From: Macrostomum hystrix
Taxonomy: Eukaryota; Animalia; Platyhelminthes
Length of the DNA: 64,000 nucleotides
Reading direction: 5' to 3'
NCBI GenBank assembly: GCA_950097015.1
Contig: CATNEN010000038.1
Coordinates: 33,108,001 to 33,172,000, forward strand
Position numbers and translations under genes: made by a program. Numbering within the stretch: position 1 is the stretch's first letter; each line of letters opens with the position of its first letter. A model generated the notes under the pieces. It searched no databases and was not told the origin of the DNA. It saw only the letters and a program-made list of their open reading frames with translations. Below are positions 30,181-41,308 of this stretch, piece by piece.

Positions 30181-33068
30181 AGAGCGAGGATCGAGCAGAG
30201 AGGCCCCGATCCTCAGGAACAAATAAGTGCAAATTAAAAGCCTCTGAACCAGCAGTAGCAACGTCCGCACCCAAGATCGAGTCAACTAATATAGAGATTA
30301 AAGGTCGGGAAGCAATATTACAAGGAGAAATTAGAGGAAAGTCGCTAAACTTTTTACTAGACACCGGTGCTGGACATAACTTTTTAAGTCGAAGCTCATG
30401 GAAGAACACGTTCCGCAAAGAAGAAATTTACAATTCAAATAGACGAGTAACAACTTTCGACGGTTCAGAAGTGGAGATTATTGGTGAAGTAACAACAGTA
30501 TTAAACTTTGGCGATATCAGTATCAGTACACTATTCCTGCTGTGTGACCACGAGAGTGACGATATCTTAGGAATGGAGTTTTTCTTGAAATATTGCAATA
30601 ATATCAATTTTAGTCAAGGAATGGTGGTTTTAAAGAATGGAAGATGTCTGCCTATTCAATTTACTAAACTGCCTGTGCGAATATGCAGAGTATACAGCCA
30701 GGAGAAAATAACCGTGCCGGCTAGCAGCGCTCTGAAGATCCCAGTGCGATTAGCAACTAACTATGAAAGAAATTATGGAACGCCCATGACTGTAGAAGCA
30801 ATCAACGATCAGATTCAATTAAAAGAAGGATCAGTAGGAGTAACTCCTACGTTAGTTACTATGATCGATGGAACAGGAGTAGTGGAAGTTGTGAATAAAC
30901 ATAACTACGAAATCAATATACCGAAATCATCTTTAATTGGTTTAGCCAAGCCGCTGAAGTCAAAGAATTTGAATTATTATATTGAATGCGATAAAGAAAC
31001 AGAACGAATCGGAAGCGTCAAAGAAGAATCAGATGAATGGATAAAGGAAATCCATTTAGGCAAAGAACTGTCCGACATCCAACAAGAACAGGTCAGACAA
31101 TTAATCAAAGACAATCGGAAGGCTTTTTCGCAGAATAGTCGAGAAATGGGTCTAACCCATTTAATAACTCATGAAATCGTGTTACAGGACACTACGCCAG
31201 TCAGGATACCGACACGACGAATTCCGCCACACCTTCAAAAGCAGGTCGATGAGCAGTTAGATGACATGTTGGCAAAGAACTTAATCCGACCTTGCTACAG
31301 TACCTATTCAACACCGTTGGTAATTGTGCCAAAGAAAGACGGGACGCTCCGGATAGTGAGTGATTTTCGTGTACTGAATTCACGAGTACACTATTATCCC
31401 TATCCGTTGCCTAACATCCAAGAAACGTTTTCTCATCTGACGGGCAGTCAGTTCTTCAGCAGCCTTGACCTGAATTCGGGTTATTGGCAAGTGCCGATCA
31501 AGGAAGAACACAAACATATGACTGCGTTCTCCACGCTGACCCGAGGTCAATTTGAATACCAAGTGATGGCGCAAGGGCTGTCCAATGCCCCTGGCACCTT
31601 TCAAAGATTGATGAATACAGTGCTAGAAGGGATCCAGCATCGGTATGCCATGTCCTATATAGATGACATCATCACCTATTCAAAAAGATTTGAAGAACAT
31701 CTACAGCATTTAGCCGAAGTTTTCAAAAGAATCATTTCTGCCGGGCTTAAACTAAGGCCCAAGAAATGTTTTCTGTTTCAGCAAGAATTGCAGTATTTAG
31801 GTCATGTCATCGGAAAGTATGGAATTAGAACTGACCCTGCTAAGATCGAAGCAATTGCATCATGGCCAACGCCGCGGGATGTGAAAGAACTGCGAAGCTT
31901 CTTAGGCCTGTGTAATTATTATTGTAGGTTCGTAAAAAATTATGCAGAGGCAGCGCATCCACTTTTCCAACTGACAAAGAAGAACATTCAGAACTTTAAA
32001 GAGAAATGGAACAGTAGTCATGATGCGGCATTTCAGCTACTGAAGCAAAGAATGACTTCCACTGAAGTGCTCGCTTATCCGGAAATCACTGATAATGAAA
32101 ATGTGAGGATGGTGCTAGACACTGACGCCAGCGACGATAGAATCGGCGCTTGCCTGGGTCAGATCCAGGCGGATGGCGTAGAAAGGCCCATCGCTTATTT
32201 TAGCCGCGCGATGAAGGAGTCGGAGAAACGTTATCCGATTACCAAAAAAGAGTTGCTCGCCTTGGTCGATGGGATGAAGCATTTTCGCTTCTACCTGATT
32301 GGCAAGAAATTCTTAGCCAGAACGGACCACAAAGCAATTCTATGGCTTTTGAGACAGACGGAGGCACAGGGCATCCTAGGCAGATGGATAGAGAGGCTTA
32401 GTGAGTTCCAATTCGATATTGAGCATCGAAGTGGAGCCAAGCACTCTAATGCTGATGGATTGTCCAGAAGGCCGTCAGAAGCAATCAAAACAGAAGAAGT
32501 AAATAGAATCTCAACCAGACAGTTGCCACGTGTCCAAGAGAAAGGATGCCAGACTGTAAGGAATGAGAAGAGAAAAAGAAAGACCAGGTCAAAACGAAAG
32601 TCTGCATTAACAAGCCAGCGCTTGTTTCAAGACAAACAAGGACCAAAACTGTTATTATATCGAATTAATGTCACTGCTGTTCCGAATTCAATGAGAATTA
32701 TTGAAGAAATTGTGAAGAAAAATGGCGCTCCTAAAGCAAAGGCCAAGCCCGCAGAGCAAGGCATTAAGAGGAGGCAGCCAGAGCGCAAAAAGCCGCCAGA
32801 CAAATCGCCGGACGTGTCAAATAGTGAGTTAAGCTCTGAAGAAAGAATTAGATGGTCTGCCCGTGGCAGGGAAAGTTTTGACCCGCACGAGGAAAATGAA
32901 TCGCCAGAGAGCGATACCAGTGAAAGCTCGGAGGAAAATGAAGAAATCCCCGAGGACTTAGCAGCTCAATCTGCCTATAATCTCAGGCCACGCCTGACCC
33001 CACGCATCACGCAGACATGCGGTGATCTCGTGTCAAAGCTTAAGCGTGCTCGCTTTCAAAAACAATAG
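30171..33068 (+). CDS. Pol without integrase, unit 3
   Basis: Same translation as 24009-26906. Confidence 0.92.
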   Translation, partial: GKLKSEDRAERPRSSGTNKCKLKASEPAVATSAPKIESTNIEIKGREAILQGEIRGKSLNFLLDTGAGHNFLSRSSWKNTFRKEEIYNSNRRVTTFDGSEVEIIGEVTTVLNFGDISISTLFLLCDHESDDILGMEFFLKYCNNINFSQGMVVLKNGRCLPIQFTKLPVRICRVYSQEKITVPASSALKIPVRLATNYERNYGTPMTVEAINDQIQLKEGSVGVTPTLVTMIDGTGVVEVVNKHNYEINIPKSSLIGLAKPLKSKNLNYYIECDKETERIGSVKEESDEWIKEIHLGKELSDIQQEQVRQLIKDNRKAFSQNSREMGLTHLITHEIVLQDTTPVRIPTRRIPPHLQKQVDEQLDDMLAKNLIRPCYSTYSTPLVIVPKKDGTLRIVSDFRVLNSRVHYYPYPLPNIQETFSHLTGSQFFSSLDLNSGYWQVPIKEEHKHMTAFSTLTRGQFEYQVMAQGLSNAPGTFQRLMNTVLEGIQHRYAMSYIDDIITYSKRFEEHLQHLAEVFKRIISAGLKLRPKKCFLFQQELQYLGHVIGKYGIRTDPAKIEAIASWPTPRDVKELRSFLGLCNYYCRFVKNYAEAAHPLFQLTKKNIQNFKEKWNSSHDAAFQLLKQRMTSTEVLAYPEITDNENVRMVLDTDASDDRIGACLGQIQADGVERPIAYFSRAMKESEKRYPITKKELLALVDGMKHFRFYLIGKKFLARTDHKAILWLLRQTEAQGILGRWIERLSEFQFDIEHRSGAKHSNADGLSRRPSEAIKTEEVNRISTRQLPRVQEKGCQTVRNEKRKRKTRSKRKSALTSQRLFQDKQGPKLLLYRINVTAVPNSMRIIEEIVKKNGAPKAKAKPAEQGIKRRQPERKKPPDKSPDVSNSELSSEERIRWSARGRESFDPHEENESPESDTSESSEENEEIPEDLAAQSAYNLRPRLTPRITQTCGDLVSKLKRARFQKQ

Positions 33069-33421
33069 GCGAACGCCCACCACCCCAGGCCAGTAAGCCA
33101 ATGGGTGATGATATTGCTCACATATTCTCCGTGTATTATTGTGTAATCTGGCGATACCTATATCGCTAATATATCCTGCGTGTATCAAATTTGTATTGTT
33201 GTGTAATTCCTACGATAAGACTGCGTCACGAAAATATTTTAAATACTCTCCGCATATTATTTGGTATATTTTGTATACACCTCGATATCCTCATTGTAAA
33301 CAAAATCTCGGCATCCTATTGGTCAGGCACTCGCCCATTTTGTGACTATATAAAGGGCCACCTCGGAACAAGGGTTGCGCTAGCTAAGTGCTCTACTGAG
33401 ACATACAGCCAACTCGCCATA

Positions 33422-34300
33422 ATGGCCGAAAATACCTCACTGAGTGATTTCTTACAAGAACTCATTGACTGTAATGAAGTTCCAAATGAATTCACAGGAG
33501 TGAGTGTGGAAGTCCTGCCAGCAGGCAGCGAAACTGAGCCGCCAATAGGCGAGTGCAATGTGGTTGACACCACGCCACGCAACGAATTGGCCGCTCCGCT
33601 GCGGCAGGCCACGCGGCCGAAACCACCTGCCTATAGGGGCACGGCTGTCAAGCGGATGAGAACCTCAAGCCCGCGGCTGGAACCAGAGAATCGGCCACGA
33701 GGATCGCCGCAAAGCCGAGTCTCTAGACTGCCAATATCTACAGCCGAGATTCGTAGGCCTACAGTGCTATTGCAGCAGCCACCTGCGCATAGACCATCAC
33801 AACCGACAAAGGTGGTGCAACAACCAAAGCCGCAATCAACAGTGTACAGACCACCGTCACGCCAGCCGCTGGCTCCACGGCCTCAGAAGTTATCCACACC
33901 GGAGGATAATTGGCCACCGCGGTCTGCAGCAGCACATAGCCGGGCCGATCGGCCGGCTGCGTCAAGGATTCCACCACCCAGAATCGGGACCCGCGAAGAG
34001 CGCGTGGCCAAAGCGCAGCACAAGTTGACGCAATATCTGCTAAAAATTGTGTTCCTGCGCCATGACCAAGCACTGCCGCAGAGGGCGCACATATGGCCTT
34101 CAATTCGCTCCCTACGCAGTGCGACGGACACGGCCGGGGCCATTACGGCCATGGAGACGGTCGCCGACAGGATACGGCGAGCTCTAAATGCAGGCGACAG
34201 GCAGGCCTTCCGGACCCTACTGAACATCGAGGTACGCTGGATCCTCATCCAGCTAGGCTGGATCCACTACAAGGAACCACCATCGCAGTTTGAGTTCTAG
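33422..34300 (+). CDS. ORF3, unit 3
   Basis: Same translation as 21098-21976. Confidence 0.7.
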   Translation: MAENTSLSDFLQELIDCNEVPNEFTGVSVEVLPAGSETEPPIGECNVVDTTPRNELAAPLRQATRPKPPAYRGTAVKRMRTSSPRLEPENRPRGSPQSRVSRLPISTAEIRRPTVLLQQPPAHRPSQPTKVVQQPKPQSTVYRPPSRQPLAPRPQKLSTPEDNWPPRSAAAHSRADRPAASRIPPPRIGTREERVAKAQHKLTQYLLKIVFLRHDQALPQRAHIWPSIRSLRSATDTAGAITAMETVADRIRRALNAGDRQAFRTLLNIEVRWILIQLGWIHYKEPPSQFEF

Positions 34301-34552
34301 AGGGATTGACTAAGTGTTTTATCAATTTTTATGGACATTTATTTTTCTGCAAAGTGTTAATCCTTAGCTAACATCTTTCTGAAACTTTTGCTACGTATTT
34401 TGCTTTCTTTGTGTATGTTTTATGAAACTTTGTGTATTTTACTTATCTTCACTATACTTGGTATCTACGAATGTTAACTCTTTATTTTGCTAACATCTTT
34501 TGCTAATAATACTTCACTTAATTATTCAGTATTATTATTAAGAGGAGGCAGT

Positions 34553-35146
34553 TGTTGTGGGTCAAATTTAAATCCGCGCTAGAAAAATATACTGTATGTA
34601 TACTGGTAATATTAGCCTTATTCGATTTGTTTAAAATGTAAAAATATACTGAGCATATATCCAGCGTACGTGGAAAAATTACTATAAATACAGCCCAGTT
34701 TCAATTAGATAGCTAACCGTTTCGTGACCATTATTAAGAAACAGTTCAATTCTCCTCGTGAGCAATCTTAACAAAGCCTTACTTATTTCTAAAGTAAGTG
34801 GAAGCCGTTGAAACCGATCCGGGGAAGCCCGAGTACAGACTGGCCAGAGAGCCTGAATTACCTGACAAAACTTGTCTGAATCACCTGAGAGCATTGTCTC
34901 CAGATCTAACTAGATTTAATATCTAGAATATAACTGGCAGGAGGCCAGAAATATCGTGACAAAGAGCCACGCTACCCAAACTATCAGTAGTTTGCATAAG
35001 TCCACCCGAGCAGGGGTGTGGTATAATGTATATGTCATTCTAAAATGATTGACAGGCAATAAGTCAGAAGTTTAGGCCAATTACTTACAGTATGAGGAGA
35101 GTTTGAATTACTAGAAAAGTGCAATTATAAAAGAAGCACTACTACA
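34553..35146 (+). repeat. LTR 3 of array
   Basis: Copy at +12324. Confidence 0.9.
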
Positions 35147-35223
35147 ACTTGGTGGCAGCGGTGGGATCGGAAAAGCGGCGGAATCTTACTTAGAAATAAG
35201 CTATTCATAGTCAAATAGTCAAA

Positions 35224-36342
35224 ATGAATGCCAACGATGCAATCGCCATGCTAGCAGAAGAACTAAGAAACCGATTAGAGCTGGGACCGACGAGACATGT
35301 CAAAATTCAAAAATTTACGCCAAATCAGGAAATCAGAATTTGGCTGACAGCCTTTGACCAGCGCTGCGAAGCTGAAGGAATAGAGGAGGCACACAGGAAG
35401 CGCGAGCTCCTAGCCAACCTCGATCTCTCAACTGCGTTTGCCGCAGTGCAGCGTATGAACTTACCGGACGATCTAGATTACGAAGAATTTAAAGAAAGAC
35501 TAGTGGAACGTTTCGGAAGAACAGGAAGCTCCGCCGAATTTAGGGAAGAATTTAGAAGCCGTAGTCAAGGACGCAACGAACCAGTGGAAAATTTCTCTGA
35601 CGCTCTTATCGAACTAGCTACCAGAGCATTTCCGAATATGACCGCAGAACAGAGAGAAGAAGAAATAATAGAACAATTTATTAAAGGAGTGAAAGTACCG
35701 GCTGAAACCAGAGAGAAGCTTATTTTTGCTGCACCAGCAACTCTACAAGATGCAAGGAGAATGCTGAGACGCATGGAAACAGCGTGGAACATGTCCCACA
35801 AAGGTGTTAGTATGAAGATGGCCAAGAGTGATGAAGCTGAACAAAAGAGACAGAGCAGGATTGAAGAAATATTGCTGAGGCAACAAGAAGAACTAGAACA
35901 ACAAAAGAGAACCATGCAAGAACTCATGGTCAGTGTCCAGATGGCTACTCAGAACCTGCAGCAGCAGCAGAACTATCAGCAGCAGCAGAACTATCCGCAG
36001 CAGCAGCAGCAGAACTATCAGCAGCAGAATTATCAGCAGCGGCAGAACTATCAGCAGCAGCAGAATTATCAGCAACGGCAGAACTATCAGCAGCAGCAGA
36101 ACTATCAGCCGAAACAGCAGCAGAACCATCAGCAACAGCAGAACTATCAGCGGCAGAACTATCAGCAGAGACAGCAGCCAAATACTCAAGCGCAACAGCA
36201 GCAGTCGCAGAACTATCAGCAGCAGCAACAGCAGCAGGATCGCCCGCCGCGAATCTGCTTCAATTGTGGCAATAACGGACATGTGGCCAAATTCTGCCGA
36301 AGTTCTGGACCGGCTAATTCCAATCAGCAGCAGGGAAACTGA
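35224..36342 (+). CDS. Gag, unit 4
   Basis: Same translation as 22900-24018. Confidence 0.9.
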   Translation: MNANDAIAMLAEELRNRLELGPTRHVKIQKFTPNQEIRIWLTAFDQRCEAEGIEEAHRKRELLANLDLSTAFAAVQRMNLPDDLDYEEFKERLVERFGRTGSSAEFREEFRSRSQGRNEPVENFSDALIELATRAFPNMTAEQREEEIIEQFIKGVKVPAETREKLIFAAPATLQDARRMLRRMETAWNMSHKGVSMKMAKSDEAEQKRQSRIEEILLRQQEELEQQKRTMQELMVSVQMATQNLQQQQNYQQQQNYPQQQQQNYQQQNYQQRQNYQQQQNYQQRQNYQQQQNYQPKQQQNHQQQQNYQRQNYQQRQQPNTQAQQQQSQNYQQQQQQQDRPPRICFNCGNNGHVAKFCRSSGPANSNQQQGN

Positions 36343-39230
36343 AGAGCGAGGATCGAGCAGAGAGGCCCCGATCCTCAGGAACAAATAAGTGCAAATTAAA
36401 AGCCTCTGAACCAGCAGTAGCAACGTCCGCACCCAAGATCGAGTCAACTAATATAGAGATTAAAGGTCGGGAAGCAATATTACAAGGAGAAATTAGAGGA
36501 AAGTCGCTAAACTTTTTACTAGACACCGGTGCTGGACATAACTTTTTAAGTCGAAGCTCATGGAAGAACACGTTCCGCAAAGAAGAAATTTACAATTCAA
36601 ATAGACGAGTAACAACTTTCGACGGTTCAGAAGTGGAGATTATTGGTGAAGTAACAACAGTATTAAACTTTGGCGATATCAGTATCAGTACACTATTCCT
36701 GCTGTGTGACCACGAGAGTGACGATATCTTAGGAATGGAGTTTTTCTTGAAATATTGCAATAATATCAATTTTAGTCAAGGAATGGTGGTTTTAAAGAAT
36801 GGAAGATGTCTGCCTATTCAATTTACTAAACTGCCTGTGCGAATATGCAGAGTATACAGCCAGGAGAAAATAACCGTGCCGGCTAGCAGCGCTCTGAAGA
36901 TCCCAGTGCGATTAGCAACTAACTATGAAAGAAATTATGGAACGCCCATGACTGTAGAAGCAATCAACGATCAGATTCAATTAAAAGAAGGATCAGTAGG
37001 AGTAACTCCTACGTTAGTTACTATGATCGATGGAACAGGAGTAGTGGAAGTTGTGAATAAACATAACTACGAAATCAATATACCGAAATCATCTTTAATT
37101 GGTTTAGCCAAGCCGCTGAAGTCAAAGAATTTGAATTATTATATTGAATGCGATAAAGAAACAGAACGAATCGGAAGCGTCAAAGAAGAATCAGATGAAT
37201 GGATAAAGGAAATCCATTTAGGCAAAGAACTGTCCGACATCCAACAAGAACAGGTCAGACAATTAATCAAAGACAATCGGAAGGCTTTTTCGCAGAATAG
37301 TCGAGAAATGGGTCTAACCCATTTAATAACTCATGAAATCGTGTTACAGGACACTACGCCAGTCAGGATACCGACACGACGAATTCCGCCACACCTTCAA
37401 AAGCAGGTCGATGAGCAGTTAGATGACATGTTGGCAAAGAACTTAATCCGACCTTGCTACAGTACCTATTCAACACCGTTGGTAATTGTGCCAAAGAAAG
37501 ACGGGACGCTCCGGATAGTGAGTGATTTTCGTGTACTGAATTCACGAGTACACTATTATCCCTATCCGTTGCCTAACATCCAAGAAACGTTTTCTCATCT
37601 GACGGGCAGTCAGTTCTTCAGCAGCCTTGACCTGAATTCGGGTTATTGGCAAGTGCCGATCAAGGAAGAACACAAACATATGACTGCGTTCTCCACGCTG
37701 ACCCGAGGTCAATTTGAATACCAAGTGATGGCGCAAGGGCTGTCCAATGCCCCTGGCACCTTTCAAAGATTGATGAATACAGTGCTAGAAGGGATCCAGC
37801 ATCGGTATGCCATGTCCTATATAGATGACATCATCACCTATTCAAAAAGATTTGAAGAACATCTACAGCATTTAGCCGAAGTTTTCAAAAGAATCATTTC
37901 TGCCGGGCTTAAACTAAGGCCCAAGAAATGTTTTCTGTTTCAGCAAGAATTGCAGTATTTAGGTCATGTCATCGGAAAGTATGGAATTAGAACTGACCCT
38001 GCTAAGATCGAAGCAATTGCATCATGGCCAACGCCGCGGGATGTGAAAGAACTGCGAAGCTTCTTAGGCCTGTGTAATTATTATTGTAGGTTCGTAAAAA
38101 ATTATGCAGAGGCAGCGCATCCACTTTTCCAACTGACAAAGAAGAACATTCAGAACTTTAAAGAGAAATGGAACAGTAGTCATGATGCGGCATTTCAGCT
38201 ACTGAAGCAAAGAATGACTTCCACTGAAGTGCTCGCTTATCCGGAAATCACTGATAATGAAAATGTGAGGATGGTGCTAGACACTGACGCCAGCGACGAT
38301 AGAATCGGCGCTTGCCTGGGTCAGATCCAGGCGGATGGCGTAGAAAGGCCCATCGCTTATTTTAGCCGCGCGATGAAGGAGTCGGAGAAACGTTATCCGA
38401 TTACCAAAAAAGAGTTGCTCGCCTTGGTCGATGGGATGAAGCATTTTCGCTTCTACCTGATTGGCAAGAAATTCTTAGCCAGAACGGACCACAAAGCAAT
38501 TCTATGGCTTTTGAGACAGACGGAGGCACAGGGCATCCTAGGCAGATGGATAGAGAGGCTTAGTGAGTTCCAATTCGATATTGAGCATCGAAGTGGAGCC
38601 AAGCACTCTAATGCTGATGGATTGTCCAGAAGGCCGTCAGAAGCAATCAAAACAGAAGAAGTAAATAGAATCTCAACCAGACAGTTGCCACGTGTCCAAG
38701 AGAAAGGATGCCAGACTGTAAGGAATGAGAAGAGAAAAAGAAAGACCAGGTCAAAACGAAAGTCTGCATTAACAAGCCAGCGCTTGTTTCAAGACAAACA
38801 AGGACCAAAACTGTTATTATATCGAATTAATGTCACTGCTGTTCCGAATTCAATGAGAATTATTGAAGAAATTGTGAAGAAAAATGGCGCTCCTAAAGCA
38901 AAGGCCAAGCCCGCAGAGCAAGGCATTAAGAGGAGGCAGCCAGAGCGCAAAAAGCCGCCAGACAAATCGCCGGACGTGTCAAATAGTGAGTTAAGCTCTG
39001 AAGAAAGAATTAGATGGTCTGCCCGTGGCAGGGAAAGTTTTGACCCGCACGAGGAAAATGAATCGCCAGAGAGCGATACCAGTGAAAGCTCGGAGGAAAA
39101 TGAAGAAATCCCCGAGGACTTAGCAGCTCAATCTGCCTATAATCTCAGGCCACGCCTGACCCCACGCATCACGCAGACATGCGGTGATCTCGTGTCAAAG
39201 CTTAAGCGTGCTCGCTTTCAAAAACAATAG
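36333..39230 (+). CDS. Pol without integrase, unit 4
   Basis: Same translation as 24009-26906. Confidence 0.92.
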   Translation, partial: GKLKSEDRAERPRSSGTNKCKLKASEPAVATSAPKIESTNIEIKGREAILQGEIRGKSLNFLLDTGAGHNFLSRSSWKNTFRKEEIYNSNRRVTTFDGSEVEIIGEVTTVLNFGDISISTLFLLCDHESDDILGMEFFLKYCNNINFSQGMVVLKNGRCLPIQFTKLPVRICRVYSQEKITVPASSALKIPVRLATNYERNYGTPMTVEAINDQIQLKEGSVGVTPTLVTMIDGTGVVEVVNKHNYEINIPKSSLIGLAKPLKSKNLNYYIECDKETERIGSVKEESDEWIKEIHLGKELSDIQQEQVRQLIKDNRKAFSQNSREMGLTHLITHEIVLQDTTPVRIPTRRIPPHLQKQVDEQLDDMLAKNLIRPCYSTYSTPLVIVPKKDGTLRIVSDFRVLNSRVHYYPYPLPNIQETFSHLTGSQFFSSLDLNSGYWQVPIKEEHKHMTAFSTLTRGQFEYQVMAQGLSNAPGTFQRLMNTVLEGIQHRYAMSYIDDIITYSKRFEEHLQHLAEVFKRIISAGLKLRPKKCFLFQQELQYLGHVIGKYGIRTDPAKIEAIASWPTPRDVKELRSFLGLCNYYCRFVKNYAEAAHPLFQLTKKNIQNFKEKWNSSHDAAFQLLKQRMTSTEVLAYPEITDNENVRMVLDTDASDDRIGACLGQIQADGVERPIAYFSRAMKESEKRYPITKKELLALVDGMKHFRFYLIGKKFLARTDHKAILWLLRQTEAQGILGRWIERLSEFQFDIEHRSGAKHSNADGLSRRPSEAIKTEEVNRISTRQLPRVQEKGCQTVRNEKRKRKTRSKRKSALTSQRLFQDKQGPKLLLYRINVTAVPNSMRIIEEIVKKNGAPKAKAKPAEQGIKRRQPERKKPPDKSPDVSNSELSSEERIRWSARGRESFDPHEENESPESDTSESSEENEEIPEDLAAQSAYNLRPRLTPRITQTCGDLVSKLKRARFQKQ

Positions 39231-39583
39231 GCGAACGCCCACCACCCCAGGCCAGTAAGCCAATGGGTGATGATATTGCTCACATATTCTCCGTGTATTA
39301 TTGTGTAATCTGGCGATACCTATATCGCTAATATATCCTGCGTGTATCAAATTTGTATTGTTGTGTAATTCCTACGATAAGACTGCGTCACGAAAATATT
39401 TTAAATACTCTCCGCATATTATTTGGTATATTTTGTATACACCTCGATATCCTCATTGTAAACAAAATCTCGGCATCCTATTGGTCAGGCACTCGCCCAT
39501 TTTGTGACTATATAAAGGGCCACCTCGGAACAAGGGTTGCGCTAGCTAAGTGCTCTACTGAGACATACAGCCAACTCGCCATA

Positions 39584-40462
39584 ATGGCCGAAAATACCTC
39601 ACTGAGTGATTTCTTACAAGAACTCATTGACTGTAATGAAGTTCCAAATGAATTCACAGGAGTGAGTGTGGAAGTCCTGCCAGCAGGCAGCGAAACTGAG
39701 CCGCCAATAGGCGAGTGCAATGTGGTTGACACCACGCCACGCAACGAATTGGCCGCTCCGCTGCGGCAGGCCACGCGGCCGAAACCACCTGCCTATAGGG
39801 GCACGGCTGTCAAGCGGATGAGAACCTCAAGCCCGCGGCTGGAACCAGAGAATCGGCCACGAGGATCGCCGCAAAGCCGAGTCTCTAGACTGCCAATATC
39901 TACAGCCGAGATTCGTAGGCCTACAGTGCTATTGCAGCAGCCACCTGCGCATAGACCATCACAACCGACAAAGGTGGTGCAACAACCAAAGCCGCAATCA
40001 ACAGTGTACAGACCACCGTCACGCCAGCCGCTGGCTCCACGGCCTCAGAAGTTATCCACACCGGAGGATAATTGGCCACCGCGGTCTGCAGCAGCACATA
40101 GCCGGGCCGATCGGCCGGCTGCGTCAAGGATTCCACCACCCAGAATCGGGACCCGCGAAGAGCGCGTGGCCAAAGCGCAGCACAAGTTGACGCAATATCT
40201 GCTAAAAATTGTGTTCCTGCGCCATGACCAAGCACTGCCGCAGAGGGCGCACATATGGCCTTCAATTCGCTCCCTACGCAGTGCGACGGACACGGCCGGG
40301 GCCATTACGGCCATGGAGACGGTCGCCGACAGGATACGGCGAGCTCTAAATGCAGGCGACAGGCAGGCCTTCCGGACCCTACTGAACATCGAGGTACGCT
40401 GGATCCTCATCCAGCTAGGCTGGATCCACTACAAGGAACCACCATCGCAGTTTGAGTTCTAG
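39584..40462 (+). CDS. ORF3, unit 4
   Basis: Same translation as 21098-21976. Confidence 0.7.
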   Translation: MAENTSLSDFLQELIDCNEVPNEFTGVSVEVLPAGSETEPPIGECNVVDTTPRNELAAPLRQATRPKPPAYRGTAVKRMRTSSPRLEPENRPRGSPQSRVSRLPISTAEIRRPTVLLQQPPAHRPSQPTKVVQQPKPQSTVYRPPSRQPLAPRPQKLSTPEDNWPPRSAAAHSRADRPAASRIPPPRIGTREERVAKAQHKLTQYLLKIVFLRHDQALPQRAHIWPSIRSLRSATDTAGAITAMETVADRIRRALNAGDRQAFRTLLNIEVRWILIQLGWIHYKEPPSQFEF

Positions 40463-40714
40463 AGGGATTGACTAAGTGTTTTATCAATTTTTATGGACAT
40501 TTATTTTTCTGCAAAGTGTTAATCCTTAGCTAACATCTTTCTGAAACTTTTGCTACGTATTTTGCTTTCTTTGTGTATGTTTTATGAAACTTTGTGTATT
40601 TTACTTATCTTCACTATACTTGGTATCTACGAATGTTAACTCTTTATTTTGCTAACATCTTTTGCTAATAATACTTCACTTAATTATTCAGTATTATTAT
40701 TAAGAGGAGGCAGT

Positions 40715-41308
40715 TGTTGTGGGTCAAATTTAAATCCGCGCTAGAAAAATATACTGTATGTATACTGGTAATATTAGCCTTATTCGATTTGTTTAAAATG
40801 TAAAAATATACTGAGCATATATCCAGCGTACGTGGAAAAATTACTATAAATACAGCCCAGTTTCAATTAGATAGCTAACCGTTTCGTGACCATTATTAAG
40901 AAACAGTTCAATTCTCCTCGTGAGCAATCTTAACAAAGCCTTACTTATTTCTAAAGTAAGTGGAAGCCGTTGAAACCGATCCGGGGAAGCCCGAGTACAG
41001 ACTGGCCAGAGAGCCTGAATTACCTGACAAAACTTGTCTGAATCACCTGAGAGCATTGTCTCCAGATCTAACTAGATTTAATATCTAGAATATAACTGGC
41101 AGGAGGCCAGAAATATCGTGACAAAGAGCCACGCTACCCAAACTATCAGTAGTTTGCATAAGTCCACCCGAGCAGGGGTGTGGTATAATGTATATGTCAT
41201 TCTAAAATGATTGACAGGCAATAAGTCAGAAGTTTAGGCCAATTACTTACAGTATGAGGAGAGTTTGAATTACTAGAAAAGTGCAATTATAAAAGAAGCA
41301 CTACTACA
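40715..41308 (+). repeat. LTR 4 (terminal) of array
   Basis: Ends ...CTACTACA and is followed by unrelated AT-rich flank instead of a PBS. Confidence 0.9.

Larger units (their letters stand above)
19328..41308 (+). mobile_element. Tandem array of an integrase-less Gypsy/Ty3-type LTR retrotransposon: one 5'-truncated unit plus three full 6162-bp units sharing LTRs
   Basis: All ORFs recur at +6162. The array starts inside RT just before YIDD (19328 = 25490-6162) and ends exactly at the LTR terminal CA (41308). Confidence 0.95.

Noticed and set aside
19328-41308. DIRS/tyrosine-recombinase or Penelope identity for the IN-less element
   Set aside because: It has a protease, tRNA PBS, PPT and direct TG..CA LTRs; no recombinase or GIY-YIG motifs were seen.
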